Source: a virus
Lineage: Duplodnaviria; Heunggongvirae; Uroviricota; Caudoviricetes
Reading direction: 5' to 3' (one strand)
DNA length: 50,336 bases
Virus record (IMG/VR): IMGVR_UViG_2974574029_000001
Span: 95,424 to 145,759 of that record
Within the stretch, counting starts at the first letter, position 1, and every line of letters starts with the position of its first letter. The notes under the pieces were generated by a model, which saw only the letters and a program-made list of their open reading frames with translations, searched no databases and was not told the DNA's origin. Below, piece by piece: positions 1 to 8,929 of this stretch. The position numbers and the translations under genes were made by a program.

Positions 1-1
1 T

Positions 2-28
2 GTTAAACTGACTGGTACTTTCGCGTAA
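2..28 (+). CDS. 3' end of upstream gene (VKLTGTFA*), probably major capsid protein (partial)
   Basis: Open frame to TAA at 26-28, followed by a terminator; lies just before the head-fibre and neck genes. Confidence 0.45.
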   Translation, partial: VKLTGTFA

Positions 29-51
29 TATAGCTTAAAGCTACCTCTAAG

Positions 52-82
52 AGGGGAGGTGTTAATCACCTCTCCCTTTTTT
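52..82 (+). terminator. Rho-independent terminator
   Basis: ggggaggtg-ttaat-cacctctccc hairpin plus T-run. Confidence 0.75.
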
Positions 83-89
83 CATTTTA

Positions 90-117
90 AGATTAGCATG
101 GCTGTCTTAGATGTCAA
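90..117 (-). promoter_or_regulatory. Leftward sigma70-type promoter TTGACA-16-TAATCT with extended -10 TG
   Basis: Minus strand reads TTGACA tctaagacagccatgc TAATCT; same layout as 1417-1444. Confidence 0.55.
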
Positions 118-147
118 GTAGCTTTTCTGAGGATCAAAGGAGATTCT

Positions 148-651
148 ATGGCAAAACAAAATTATCGCATTTTCCCGAACAAGGTAGAGCTTTTCAAGTT
201 CTTTGGTGCATACATTCCTGAATTGAATATTAGCGCTTCAAGTCGTTTACCTCTGAACGGGTTCGCTCTTGGTAAGCAATTGAAAGCTTTCCGTTCTTTC
301 ATGGAATTCTTCCAAGAACTTGCAGATCTGTCTGGTCTCCCGGTAGATACAAAGACCTCTACTCTGAGAATGGGTAACTTCATCGTGTTCTTTAACGGTG
401 ATATCACACCCCCGTCAGATGTTAAGCCTGCTGTTATTAAACCGAAAGTGGAAGATAAGGCAGAAGTCATCGAGACAGCCTCTGCGGATGTGAAGGCGCT
501 TATTGCTGAGGCATCTGCACTTCTTGATGAAGCCGATAAAAAAGGCAGTAAAGACAAACTTGCTGAATTCGCAGCAAACAATGGTGTTACCCTGTCGAAG
601 AGCAAGACATTTGAAAATATGTTAGCTGACTTCGAATCCGCACTGAAGTAA
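148..651 (+). CDS. Conserved virion-region hypothetical protein (167 aa)
   Basis: RBS aaggag; phage-like codon usage; between capsid and head fibre. Confidence 0.75.
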   Translation: MAKQNYRIFPNKVELFKFFGAYIPELNISASSRLPLNGFALGKQLKAFRSFMEFFQELADLSGLPVDTKTSTLRMGNFIVFFNGDITPPSDVKPAVIKPKVEDKAEVIETASADVKALIAEASALLDEADKKGSKDKLAEFAANNGVTLSKSKTFENMLADFESALK

Positions 652-670
652 TAATCTTAGGAGATTTAAA

Positions 671-970
671 ATGGCAACATCTGGTGTAGCTGGACTGGTC
701 TACGGTACAAAACTGATTGACCTTGCAACTGGCGGGGTTATTTCCTTCGCTGATGTAATCGCTGCCGCAGGCGGCGGTGGAGCTGTGGCATGGGCTGACA
801 TTACTGGCAAGCCTACCACTTTTGCTCCCGTGGCTGCAACCACTTCTGTGGTCGGCGGTGTTAAAATGGCAGCAACCCAGGCCAACAGCGTAGCAACTGA
901 CGCCGCAGGTCTGGTAACTGACTTCAATGCTTTACTTGCCAAGCTGAAAGCTGCTGGCATTATGGCATAA
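671..970 (+). CDS. Head fibre/decoration protein
   Basis: RBS aggag; VAWADITGKPTTFAP repeat and C-terminal VTDFNALLAKLKAAGIMA motif typical of head-fibre proteins. Confidence 0.75.
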   Translation: MATSGVAGLVYGTKLIDLATGGVISFADVIAAAGGGGAVAWADITGKPTTFAPVAATTSVVGGVKMAATQANSVATDAAGLVTDFNALLAKLKAAGIMA

Positions 971-975
971 TAAAC

Positions 976-1002
976 AAGGCCCTTAGGGGCCTTATTTTTT
1001 TA
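976..1002 (+). terminator. Terminator, probably bidirectional
   Basis: aaggccc-ttag-gggcctt plus T-run; overlaps the stop of the convergent 992-1390 gene. Confidence 0.8.
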
Positions 1003-1390
1003 GTATCGGCTTGACGTTCGGGTTCAAAGATACCTGAAGATAAGGTTGGCGGCCATCTTTATAATATTTGCAGATGTAAGTCCCTGTTGCAATAACAGTA
1101 CCATTCACTATCCCCATATCCCTCGCTACTTGAAAACTATCTTCCTGTTCTTCCATCTCATCGAGCATACCTGTCTGCGTCGTCAGGGTGCCGGGAATAA
1201 ATGCCTTTCTGAATTCCGCATCACATTTCATCCCAGCGATCCGATGAATGGCCTCTGTTTTTTCTTCAGCCGATAACCAGCTTGAAGAAACATTATCGAA
1301 CTTGTCCATATTGGGATTGGTTTTCATAAAGTAGATAAGTCCGCCAGAGACAACTATGGCTGTGATAACACCTGCTATTACTGCTTTCAT
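992..1390 (-). CDS. Membrane-anchored protein, counter-oriented moron (132 aa)
   Basis: Start corrected to MKAVIAGV (RBS gaggag); N-terminal hydrophobic helix; own promoter. Confidence 0.75.
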   Translation of the reverse strand: MKAVIAGVITAIVVSGGLIYFMKTNPNMDKFDNVSSSWLSAEEKTEAIHRIAGMKCDAEFRKAFIPGTLTTQTGMLDEMEEQEDSFQVARDMGIVNGTVIATGTYICKYYKDGRQPYLQVSLNPNVKPILKK

Positions 1391-1416
1391 GGGATTCTCC
1401 TCAATAATTTTCTTTG

Positions 1417-1444
1417 AGAATAGCATCCTGTCATATGATGTCAA
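1417..1444 (-). promoter_or_regulatory. sigma70-type promoter TTGACA-16-TATTCT with extended -10 TG
   Basis: TTGACA tcatatgacaggatgc TATTCT upstream of the 1390 start. Confidence 0.65.
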
Positions 1445-1453
1445 GTGTTTTTG

Positions 1454-1482
1454 ATGACAAAATCGACGTTCTATGATAAGAT
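1454..1482 (+). promoter_or_regulatory. Rightward promoter ATGACA-17-TAAGAT
   Basis: tatgaTAAGAT extended -10; divergent from 1417-1444. Confidence 0.5.
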
Positions 1483-1514
1483 ATTGATAAATAGAAGAGC
1501 TTGAAGGAGCAAAA

Positions 1515-2033
1515 ATGACAGACCAAGAAATTGTTGCTTATATCCGCCTGCTCCTTGGGTCCATTTCCCCGGAAGTCTTACCCGACGAGATTATCCTTGC
1601 CTTTTTGGCAATCGAGAAATCAAAGGCTAATTACCCCGGTGATGATAACACGCCATGCACCGTTTACTACGTTATTTACAATACCCTTGTTGACGTGGTA
1701 CGTTGGTTGATTCTTCAGGAAGTGAACACAGGAGAGGCATCAATCACGGATCGCCTTGAAAAGATTGGTGATGAAACTATCCAGATCAAAGGTGGGTCTC
1801 CTTACCAGAATTGGAAAGACTTCCTCGACTGGCTGCTTGAAAACCCTGACTATGTCAATGATTGCTTAAGTGCGGTCAGGGGCCTTGTCATCGTTGGTGG
1901 TGTTCGTGAAGACGAGTTCAACCGTGTTAAATACGACAGAAACTCCCGTGGTCCTTTCGATGTTGGTGGCATAATCCCGCAGACTGGAGTTCCAGGAATT
2001 CCTCGTCGCTACCCTCGCCGTTGGCCTTACTAA
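1515..2033 (+). CDS. Head-tail adaptor/head completion protein
   Basis: RBS aaggag; position; N-terminus like adaptor proteins. Confidence 0.65.
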   Translation: MTDQEIVAYIRLLLGSISPEVLPDEIILAFLAIEKSKANYPGDDNTPCTVYYVIYNTLVDVVRWLILQEVNTGEASITDRLEKIGDETIQIKGGSPYQNWKDFLDWLLENPDYVNDCLSAVRGLVIVGGVREDEFNRVKYDRNSRGPFDVGGIIPQTGVPGIPRRYPRRWPY

Positions 2034-2051
2034 TTATCCAAACCTTTATCG

Positions 2052-2080
2052 TTGATTTTGCTAAGATAATGTGGTAAAAT
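2052..2080 (+). promoter_or_regulatory. Promoter TTGATT-17-TAAAAT
   Basis: tgtggTAAAAT motif shared with other structural-gene promoters. Confidence 0.55.
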
Positions 2081-2098
2081 ACCTAAACGGATGCAGTC

Positions 2099-2572
2099 AT
2101 GATACCAAAATTCACAAGTACGCAAGATCTTAGCCAGCTTATGAACTTCTTTAATGCGGTTAAGAAGCTTGATTATCGCCAGGTAAGCTACGGCTTTTTC
2201 GATGACCCTCACTATTCCGGCCTGAACACTGCAACCCTTGCAGCGATTCACCAAGAGGGTTGGAATAACCTCCCGGCTCGTACTTTCATGACTAGTGCGG
2301 GGGTTCTTTTCCAGAAAGAACTTAAAAAATTTCAGATCGACCTCTTCGGTCAATTGGCTGCGGGAGCACAAGACCCGACTCCAGCCCTGAAACAAATCGG
2401 TCAAGCAGGTGCAGACAAGATTCGATATGTCATCGAAGGTGGCCTGTTCCCTAATAACATCGTATCTGATGCATGGGCTGATGTCAAAGGATTTAAAGAG
2501 GCCATGTTCCACTATGGCGACCTGAAGTCATCTGCAACCTATAAGATTTCCACTGGGAAGGGGACTAAATGA
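2099..2572 (+). CDS. Neck/tail completion (virion morphogenesis) protein
   Basis: YGFF...A.LAAIHQEG...LPARTF motif; position. Confidence 0.65.
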   Translation: MIPKFTSTQDLSQLMNFFNAVKKLDYRQVSYGFFDDPHYSGLNTATLAAIHQEGWNNLPARTFMTSAGVLFQKELKKFQIDLFGQLAAGAQDPTPALKQIGQAGADKIRYVIEGGLFPNNIVSDAWADVKGFKEAMFHYGDLKSSATYKISTGKGTK

Positions 2573-3006
2573 CACCAGGCTATAGATTAATAGGCAGGAA
2601 TAAGCTGATTCCGAGAAAGACCTTCATCGGAAGACATCGTACTTTTTCTCAGCCAGACCCTGATAATCCATTCGAAAACCAAGAGATTGCTATTCAGTAT
2701 GAAGAGTTTGATGTCTTAGAATGCGTTGTCCAGCCTCTGACTGGCAAGGCAGCAAGAGATTACACCTCCCAGCTGACCGAAGCTGGCGGTAGACAGTATG
2801 ATTCCTTTACTGTATATTCGTCAACCCTCCTTAAAGGTCCTGTCGAAGGCTCTTTCCTGCTCGCAGACCAAATCCAGCTCATGAATTCTCGTGGGGAAAT
2901 GGAATGGTTCACCGTTATTAAGTCTGACCCGTATCAGACGACAGGCGTGAGCCGTTACAGAGCGTATGTGATCTCTACGCCTGCTGGTACAGAAGGAGGC
3001 CTATGA
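2569..3006 (+). CDS. Head closure/neck protein
   Basis: ATGA overlap; VVQPL..., YDSFTVY and D-W-F-V-Y pattern; position. Confidence 0.6.
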   Translation: MTPGYRLIGRNKLIPRKTFIGRHRTFSQPDPDNPFENQEIAIQYEEFDVLECVVQPLTGKAARDYTSQLTEAGGRQYDSFTVYSSTLLKGPVEGSFLLADQIQLMNSRGEMEWFTVIKSDPYQTTGVSRYRAYVISTPAGTEGGL

Positions 3007-3548
3007 TGGCAGACTTCGTAACAAACTCCGATGATATTTTTGACGCCCTCGCAGTTACGCTCGCCAGATTTTGCAAAGAAGTCACGGGGAGAAAAATAAT
3101 TGACGGGGACGGAGACGTCATATCCAAGGTAGAGGGTGAGTTCATCATGCTCAACCAAGTTACCGCTGACCAGATGGACTGGGCTGCGAACGAGTGGGTA
3201 GATGAGAGCGGTAACGCTGTAATAACTCACAACTACGAGGTGGTTTACAACCTGACAGCATTTCGAGGAAAAGCATCAAATGCATTAACTCGGATTCTAC
3301 AGGCCTTGAGCCTCCCCTACATCTGCGACAAGTATTTTCCAACCAATTCCCCATTTGCATATTCTTCTTCCTCAACGGTATCGCGCCAGAGAGTTCCGTT
3401 GAACATGCAAACCTTCGAAAACCGTGCAACCGTGCTTATTACCTTCAACGTTTGCGTTGGAGTGACAGATACAGGAGCTTTCGAGGATATCGAGAGGGTG
3501 AATGCAGAGATGGTTTATTACTATCCGGCTCCAGATGATCAACAATAA
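3003..3548 (+). CDS. Tail terminator/completion protein
   Basis: Directly upstream of sheath; overlapping start. Confidence 0.6.
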   Translation: MMADFVTNSDDIFDALAVTLARFCKEVTGRKIIDGDGDVISKVEGEFIMLNQVTADQMDWAANEWVDESGNAVITHNYEVVYNLTAFRGKASNALTRILQALSLPYICDKYFPTNSPFAYSSSSTVSRQRVPLNMQTFENRATVLITFNVCVGVTDTGAFEDIERVNAEMVYYYPAPDDQQ

Positions 3549-3580
3549 CTTTATGAAAGAAATAGAAGAAGAGGAAATCA

Positions 3581-5077
3581 ATGGCTTATAATGATAAGGT
3601 TGTTGACGTAACGGTTGTTCTCGGGACACAACCAATCGACACCGTAGGGTTTGAAACCCCTCTATTTATCGCAATTCACAACGTTTTCCCAGAACGAGTA
3701 CGTACATATACAGATCTGGATGAACTCGCTGCTGATGGTTTCGCTGTAGGTTCCCCTGCGTATACTTTTGCGACAAAAGCCTTTGCTGGGACTTTCCGCC
3801 CCCAAGCGCTTATGATCGGAAGACAAGCATGGGAATCAACAGTTATCGATTTCACAGGGCAGACTAACGTAGATCCTAATAACCCGGTAAGTTTCAACGT
3901 TGCAGCAGGTGCGTATACTAAAAGCATCGTTATTCCTGTTACTACCGCATCTACACCAGAGAGTATTGCAACAGCCCTGGCATCTGCAATCAACTCCGAT
4001 ACCACGCTTAATGTAATTGTCGGTGCAGTAGCTACAACTGGTGTTGTAACAATCACTCCGAAAGGTGATGGCTCTCTGCTAGCTACTAACAATGATGAGG
4101 TGGTTACAACCGAATCTGACCAAGGCATCATGGCAACATCTTCTGATGTTATCGGCGAGCCGTTTAGCATCGGTGTTGACTCCGGTGATTGCACACTGAC
4201 TAACAACTCAACTGAGACTGTAAGCGGTGTTCTACCACAGGTAGAAACTGCAAACAGCAACTGGTACTTCCTGAGCACAGAACAACATGTTTCTTCTGCA
4301 ATTCTGGGAGCTGCCGCTTATGCTGCTGCTAACTATAAGCTTCACGTCTATTCAACATCCGATCCGCTGTCAAAAGTTGTCGACGGAGATTCTATTGCTA
4401 ATCAACTGAAAGCACTTCAGTATGATACTAGCATTGGTATGTATGACCCGCTTGCTGATAGTGCATTTCCTGAAGGTGGTATCATCGGTGCAATGGCATC
4501 TAATGACCCATCCTATGGTGACTCAATCCACCTGAAGACAATGCCTGGTGTTATTGCTCCGACCCTGAGTTCTTCTGAGCGTCCAGCTATCTGGGGCCAG
4601 AACCTGAACTTCTATCGTATGATTAATGGTGTCGGCGCATTCTGGGAAGGTAAGTGTGCCTCCGGTCAGTATGTCGATGTTGTCCGTTTTGGTCACTGGC
4701 TGAAGTTCAGAAGTGAAGAAAGTATCTTCGCCTACATGTCTCGCCGTTCTAATCTTGGCCTGTCCATGAAAATGAGCGATGATGATCTGCCGAACCTGAA
4801 GTCAGTCCTGATGAACAGTCCTCTGAATGTCGGTATTACCAACGGCTCTATTCTGACCGGGTATGATTCCGTCAACAAAGTGTTCTACGATCCGGTTGTA
4901 ACAATCCCGCTTCGTGCAAACATACCATCTAATGATCTGGCATCTCGTACTCTTAACAACGTTAAGGTAGAGCTAGTCTACAACAGCGCCCTGCATTTCG
5001 TCAAGATCCGCATCTCTGTTCTGCTAGACAAAACCGGGTCTACTTCTTCCAGCGGACAAGTAACAGCAGGAGTGTAA
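3581..5077 (+). CDS. Tail sheath protein (DUF3383-like)
   Basis: VVDVTVVLG N-terminus; G.YVDVVRFGHWL; 498 aa; followed by tube. Confidence 0.85.
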   Translation: MAYNDKVVDVTVVLGTQPIDTVGFETPLFIAIHNVFPERVRTYTDLDELAADGFAVGSPAYTFATKAFAGTFRPQALMIGRQAWESTVIDFTGQTNVDPNNPVSFNVAAGAYTKSIVIPVTTASTPESIATALASAINSDTTLNVIVGAVATTGVVTITPKGDGSLLATNNDEVVTTESDQGIMATSSDVIGEPFSIGVDSGDCTLTNNSTETVSGVLPQVETANSNWYFLSTEQHVSSAILGAAAYAAANYKLHVYSTSDPLSKVVDGDSIANQLKALQYDTSIGMYDPLADSAFPEGGIIGAMASNDPSYGDSIHLKTMPGVIAPTLSSSERPAIWGQNLNFYRMINGVGAFWEGKCASGQYVDVVRFGHWLKFRSEESIFAYMSRRSNLGLSMKMSDDDLPNLKSVLMNSPLNVGITNGSILTGYDSVNKVFYDPVVTIPLRANIPSNDLASRTLNNVKVELVYNSALHFVKIRISVLLDKTGSTSSSGQVTAGV

Positions 5078-5080
5078 TAA

Positions 5081-5553
5081 ATGGATACTAGAATTTTAAC
5101 CCCGTATGCTTACGACCCACAGAAAGCGCGTCTCTATATGATGACTCAGCGAGTAACCGGGTTCGCAGCGGATACCAAGATCGTCGTTGCTCGCAACGAA
5201 GATAATATCATCCCCCACATGGGGTTGATGGTGAACTGTCAGCAGCGCTGTCTCGTAACCAATCTGGTGTCCTGACGGTCTCTCTACAGAACACTTCGGT
5301 ATGGAACGGATACTTGGCTAACTGGCAGAAACAAGCTTCCATCACTGGCCTGATTTTCTTCCCCGTCCTTCTTGAAGGCTCCCAAGGTATGGGTCTGAGC
5401 ACAGTTGGTTGGATTCAGAAACAACCGGACCTGACCTATGGTACTGAAGTAGGGCAAATGGACTGGGAAATCGGAATCCTAGATGCATGGTTAAGCCCGG
5501 ATACTCTGTACGCTACAGGCTTCGGTCTGGCTGGCCTTGCAGGTATCATCTAA
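5081..5553 (+). CDS. Tail tube protein (157 aa after restoring one G at 5221-5224)
   Basis: YDPQK motif; ORFs 5081-5275 and 5314-5553 join as HMGVDGELSAALSRNQSG... if G4 is G5. Confidence 0.8.
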
Positions 5554-5634
5554 TAGCGTTTCGTGTGCCACAAGGATGTGGCCTTTTCAAACACGCATGG
5601 ATATCCACACTTTAAAAGACGCAGGAGCGTACAC

Positions 5635-6114
5635 ATGATGAATTTTAGACCTACCACAGAAATTGATCTGGCTGGTAAGAACTTTGTAATCACACACTGG
5701 TCTCCGTCTAAGGTTATGAAAAACCTTCCGAAGATTGGTCGTTATATCGCAGTTCCAATGGCTACCATTAGTGGTGCATTGTTTACCGGAGGCTCTAACC
5801 TCTCTGAAGCACTACCTACCGCAATTCTATACCTGTTTGAGCAGATGGAGCAAGATGATATCGAAAAATTATTCGAACTCATTCTTGAAGATGTATCTGT
5901 GAACGGCATGGCTGGTAAGATTGATATTGACACAATCTTCCAGGACAAGATGTTGGATCTGATCAAACTGGTAGCGGAGGTTCTGAAGATTAACTACGGC
6001 TGTTTTTTCACGAAAGACGGTTTCGCAGACCTTCAGGGACTTCTGGGCAACTTCGGGATGGTTCACCAAGTAGCGACGGTGGATCAGGAACCGACGGAAG
6101 TGGCAGCGGAATAA
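5635..6114 (+). CDS. Tail assembly chaperone (gpG analogue, 159 aa)
   Basis: Start corrected to ATG 5635 (RBS aggag); between tube and tape measure. Confidence 0.8.
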   Translation: MMNFRPTTEIDLAGKNFVITHWSPSKVMKNLPKIGRYIAVPMATISGALFTGGSNLSEALPTAILYLFEQMEQDDIEKLFELILEDVSVNGMAGKIDIDTIFQDKMLDLIKLVAEVLKINYGCFFTKDGFADLQGLLGNFGMVHQVATVDQEPTEVAAE

Positions 6115-6389
6115 CACCGTCCAAAATTTCTAAAGTCGTCCAAAGAGCTATTGATTATGCAAGAAAAAATAGTTCCCTGACATGGTTCGACTATCTCTGG
6201 TGCCGTGCTCTGAAGAACTTCAAGGGAGAGTCCTATATTTCCCTTGAGTCTGCCGATATGGAATATTTGCTTAAGCTAAACGAGTATCTCGATGTCGAAG
6301 ATTTCATCAACGATGTTAACGAGAAAGAAGAGAAATCGAGAGCAGACGCCGAAGCAGCTAAACCCCGAAGCAAAGGCAGAAGAGGTTAA
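5635..6389 (+). CDS. Tail assembly chaperone -1 frameshift product (gpGT analogue, 251 aa)
   Basis: T TTT TTC at 6003-6009; -1 frame open to TAA 6387-6389; no separate start for the downstream part. Confidence 0.75.
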
Positions 6390-6393
6390 TCTC

Positions 6394-6428
6394 AAGCCAG
6401 GTTCCTTTTCAGGAGCCTGGCTTTTTTA
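6394..6428 (+). terminator. Terminator-like hairpin before tape measure
   Basis: aagccaggttcct-tttc-aggagcctggctt plus T-run. Confidence 0.7.
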
Positions 6429-6439
6429 TTGAGGAAATT

Positions 6440-8848
6440 ATGGCAAATATTATAGTGACTTCCACAGTCAACAAGGTATCATGGGACGTTGACAAAACGT
6501 CCTTTGGACGTGCCTTGAAAGCTGTGAAGCAAATTCGCACCGAATGGGAAAAGACCGGGAAGGCTTTCTCCTCTGCTAAAGCCGACCCCGCTGCTGCCCT
6601 GAAACGTTCTGCTATGCAGGCGAGAATGGTGAATAAGCGACTCAATCAAACTGAACGTGCAGAGTCTGCTAAGACCACAGCTCACAACATTGCAATGGCA
6701 AAGAAAGAGGCTCGTGCTCGTGAAGCCATTGATAAGATTGAAAAGGCACGCCGTAGGGCCGCTGTCTCTCGACTAACGTCTGGGCGGTCTCCAGAATCTC
6801 AGGCAAACTATAATGCTCTAAAGGCCCAGCTCCGTCAACAAGAAAAACTTGCAGCGAAGAACGGAATTTATGGAACTAATCCTTCCATTTCTGCTGCACG
6901 TATGGCAGCATATGAAGCGAGTCTGAAGAATAAGGGTGCTGGGGGCGGTGGTTCACCGATCCTGAACGCTAATACAACACCTCACGATCCTCGTCTTGCA
7001 GAGCAACAACGTAAGGCAATGGAACGCGACCACGCGCGTATGCGTCGTGAACAAGTCAAGCAGGAAAAAGCCGACAGCAAGTCCAGAGAAAAAATGATTC
7101 GCGATGAAGAGCGCGAGGCAGGGAGAAGAGCAAGAGCGCGTGAAGCAAAGATCAGCACAATCTCTAACGCCAACGTTCGTCTTCGTGCCAAGTATGGTGA
7201 TAAATATGCAAGAAAGATGCCTGGGTATGATTCTTTAGTCAACCGCTACATGAAGAGCGGAAACATGAAGGCATCAAACTTCCGTGCAGAGCTTGCCTCT
7301 ATGGAAACTGGACTTCGTAAAGCAAGCGCTAATACTCTTTCTCTGAACGATGGTCTGAGAACTCTACGCAGCACATTGATCAGCGTTACAGCTGCATACG
7401 GTGCTTTTAATGCCGCTGCAAGCGTTCTGAAAACTGGGCAGTTCTTCCAGGGTATGGAAGCAACAATGCTGATGGTATCCGATGACTCCGCAGAGGCTGG
7501 TAAGCGTATTGAATTTGTGAGAAACCAGGCGTATCGTTTAGGTCTCGACCTTAAGGTAGCTGCACAGGGTTATACCCAGATGTCCATCGCAGCAAACGGT
7601 GTACTTACTAAATCACAAAACGACCAACTTTTCAAGTCATTCTCTGAATATGCAACAGCCCTCCAAGTTGACCCGGTTAAATACCAACGTGGTATTACGG
7701 CTATTCAACAGATGATGGGTAAAGGCCAGATCATGGCTGAAGAACTTAAGCAACAGCTTGCTGAAGGTATCCCAGGCTCATTACAGGTGTTCATAAAGGC
7801 ATCGCAAGAAGCATTCAACGACTCCACCATCGACGTTACCAAATTGATGGATATGATGAAGAAAGGGGAGCTGAAGGCTGCTAAAGTGCTTCCGTTTGTT
7901 GCTAAATACTACGCAGAAGCTGCTAACAAGGGTGGCGCACTCCAGAAAGCTTTACAAGGTAACCGAGTTGCTATGCAACGCCTTACCCAGACTTGGATGA
8001 ACTTCCAGAACAAGATCTTCGAATCTGGTTTCGGCGATAAGATGACAGAGACATTTAACACTCTTGCCAAAATCTTGGATTCTAATGGTCCACTCGCCGC
8101 TGCCGTGGGTCAGTTTGTCGCAGGATTCATAGACGGATTTATGAAGATACCTTATGCTTTGTATAACGCCTTTATAATGGTCAATGCTATCTTAGAGAGA
8201 TATGTTCCCGTGTTCAGGAAGAATGGCGAAGAAATTTCTAAGACATGGAACTGGGTGGGTTGGGGTATAGGTGCTATATTCTTTGCTACATCCCTGGTCC
8301 GGGTGTTCAACATCCTAGCTAAGATCGCTGGCCTAGCTGGGGCGATCAAGACTATTGGTGCTGTTTTTGGTAAAGGCGATGGGGCCACACCTAAAGGTGG
8401 AGAGGGTGGTGGAGCTGGTCCTGCTAAGGGCGGTAGATTCTCTCGTGTAGGTAAGTTCTTTAAAGGAGCGGGTTCCTTAGGTGGACTGCTGTCCCTGTTC
8501 ACTTTAGGATCTGAACTTAACGACAGATATAATCCGTACAGCGACTTCAACGAAGAGCGTGGTAAAGTGTTCTCCAATGTGCATGATAGCATTGTCAGTG
8601 GAAAAACAGGAGGCTGGTTCTCTAACCTCTGGGGTCCTGATAAGGCAACCTTGGATTATCTGAACAATCAGATGCCTGGGGCGAATGGTAAGTCTTCTGC
8701 TACCCCTCCGATGGTTATTCCTACCGAGCCTGTCTCTGGCGAAATAACTATCAAACTGGATGCTGGAGAGCTGAAGGATATGATTGACCAGCAAATCGAA
8801 GCATCGAATATGGGTAACATCAATTTAATCCTTGGTGTCCCAGATTAA
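6440..8848 (+). CDS. Tape measure protein
   Basis: 802 aa, Ala/Lys-rich; tape-measure domain QMMGKGQIMAEELKQQLAEGIPG. Confidence 0.9.
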   Translation: MANIIVTSTVNKVSWDVDKTSFGRALKAVKQIRTEWEKTGKAFSSAKADPAAALKRSAMQARMVNKRLNQTERAESAKTTAHNIAMAKKEARAREAIDKIEKARRRAAVSRLTSGRSPESQANYNALKAQLRQQEKLAAKNGIYGTNPSISAARMAAYEASLKNKGAGGGGSPILNANTTPHDPRLAEQQRKAMERDHARMRREQVKQEKADSKSREKMIRDEEREAGRRARAREAKISTISNANVRLRAKYGDKYARKMPGYDSLVNRYMKSGNMKASNFRAELASMETGLRKASANTLSLNDGLRTLRSTLISVTAAYGAFNAAASVLKTGQFFQGMEATMLMVSDDSAEAGKRIEFVRNQAYRLGLDLKVAAQGYTQMSIAANGVLTKSQNDQLFKSFSEYATALQVDPVKYQRGITAIQQMMGKGQIMAEELKQQLAEGIPGSLQVFIKASQEAFNDSTIDVTKLMDMMKKGELKAAKVLPFVAKYYAEAANKGGALQKALQGNRVAMQRLTQTWMNFQNKIFESGFGDKMTETFNTLAKILDSNGPLAAAVGQFVAGFIDGFMKIPYALYNAFIMVNAILERYVPVFRKNGEEISKTWNWVGWGIGAIFFATSLVRVFNILAKIAGLAGAIKTIGAVFGKGDGATPKGGEGGGAGPAKGGRFSRVGKFFKGAGSLGGLLSLFTLGSELNDRYNPYSDFNEERGKVFSNVHDSIVSGKTGGWFSNLWGPDKATLDYLNNQMPGANGKSSATPPMVIPTEPVSGEITIKLDAGELKDMIDQQIEASNMGNINLILGVPD

Positions 8849-8851
8849 TAC

Positions 8852-8872
8852 AAGGGGCTTCGGCCCCTTTTT
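8852..8872 (+). terminator. Rho-independent terminator
   Basis: aaggggc-ttcg-gccccttttt (UUCG loop). Confidence 0.9.
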
Positions 8873-8874
8873 CG

Positions 8875-8903
8875 TTGTTTTATTTGAAGATTTATGATAA
8901 AAT
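8875..8903 (+). promoter_or_regulatory. Promoter TTGTTT-17-TAAAAT
   Basis: tatgaTAAAAT extended -10 directly after a terminator. Confidence 0.55.
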
Positions 8904-8929
8904 CATAACAAGCTTATTGAGGAGGTTTT

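Noticed and set aside
5215-5230. Programmed frameshift in the tail tube gene
   Set aside because: Only G4, with no slippery heptamer; tube is needed in high copy; matches the window-wide deletion pattern
5563-5634. GTG start extension of the tail chaperone
   Set aside because: The RBS lies before ATG 5635; the upstream stretch looks intergenic
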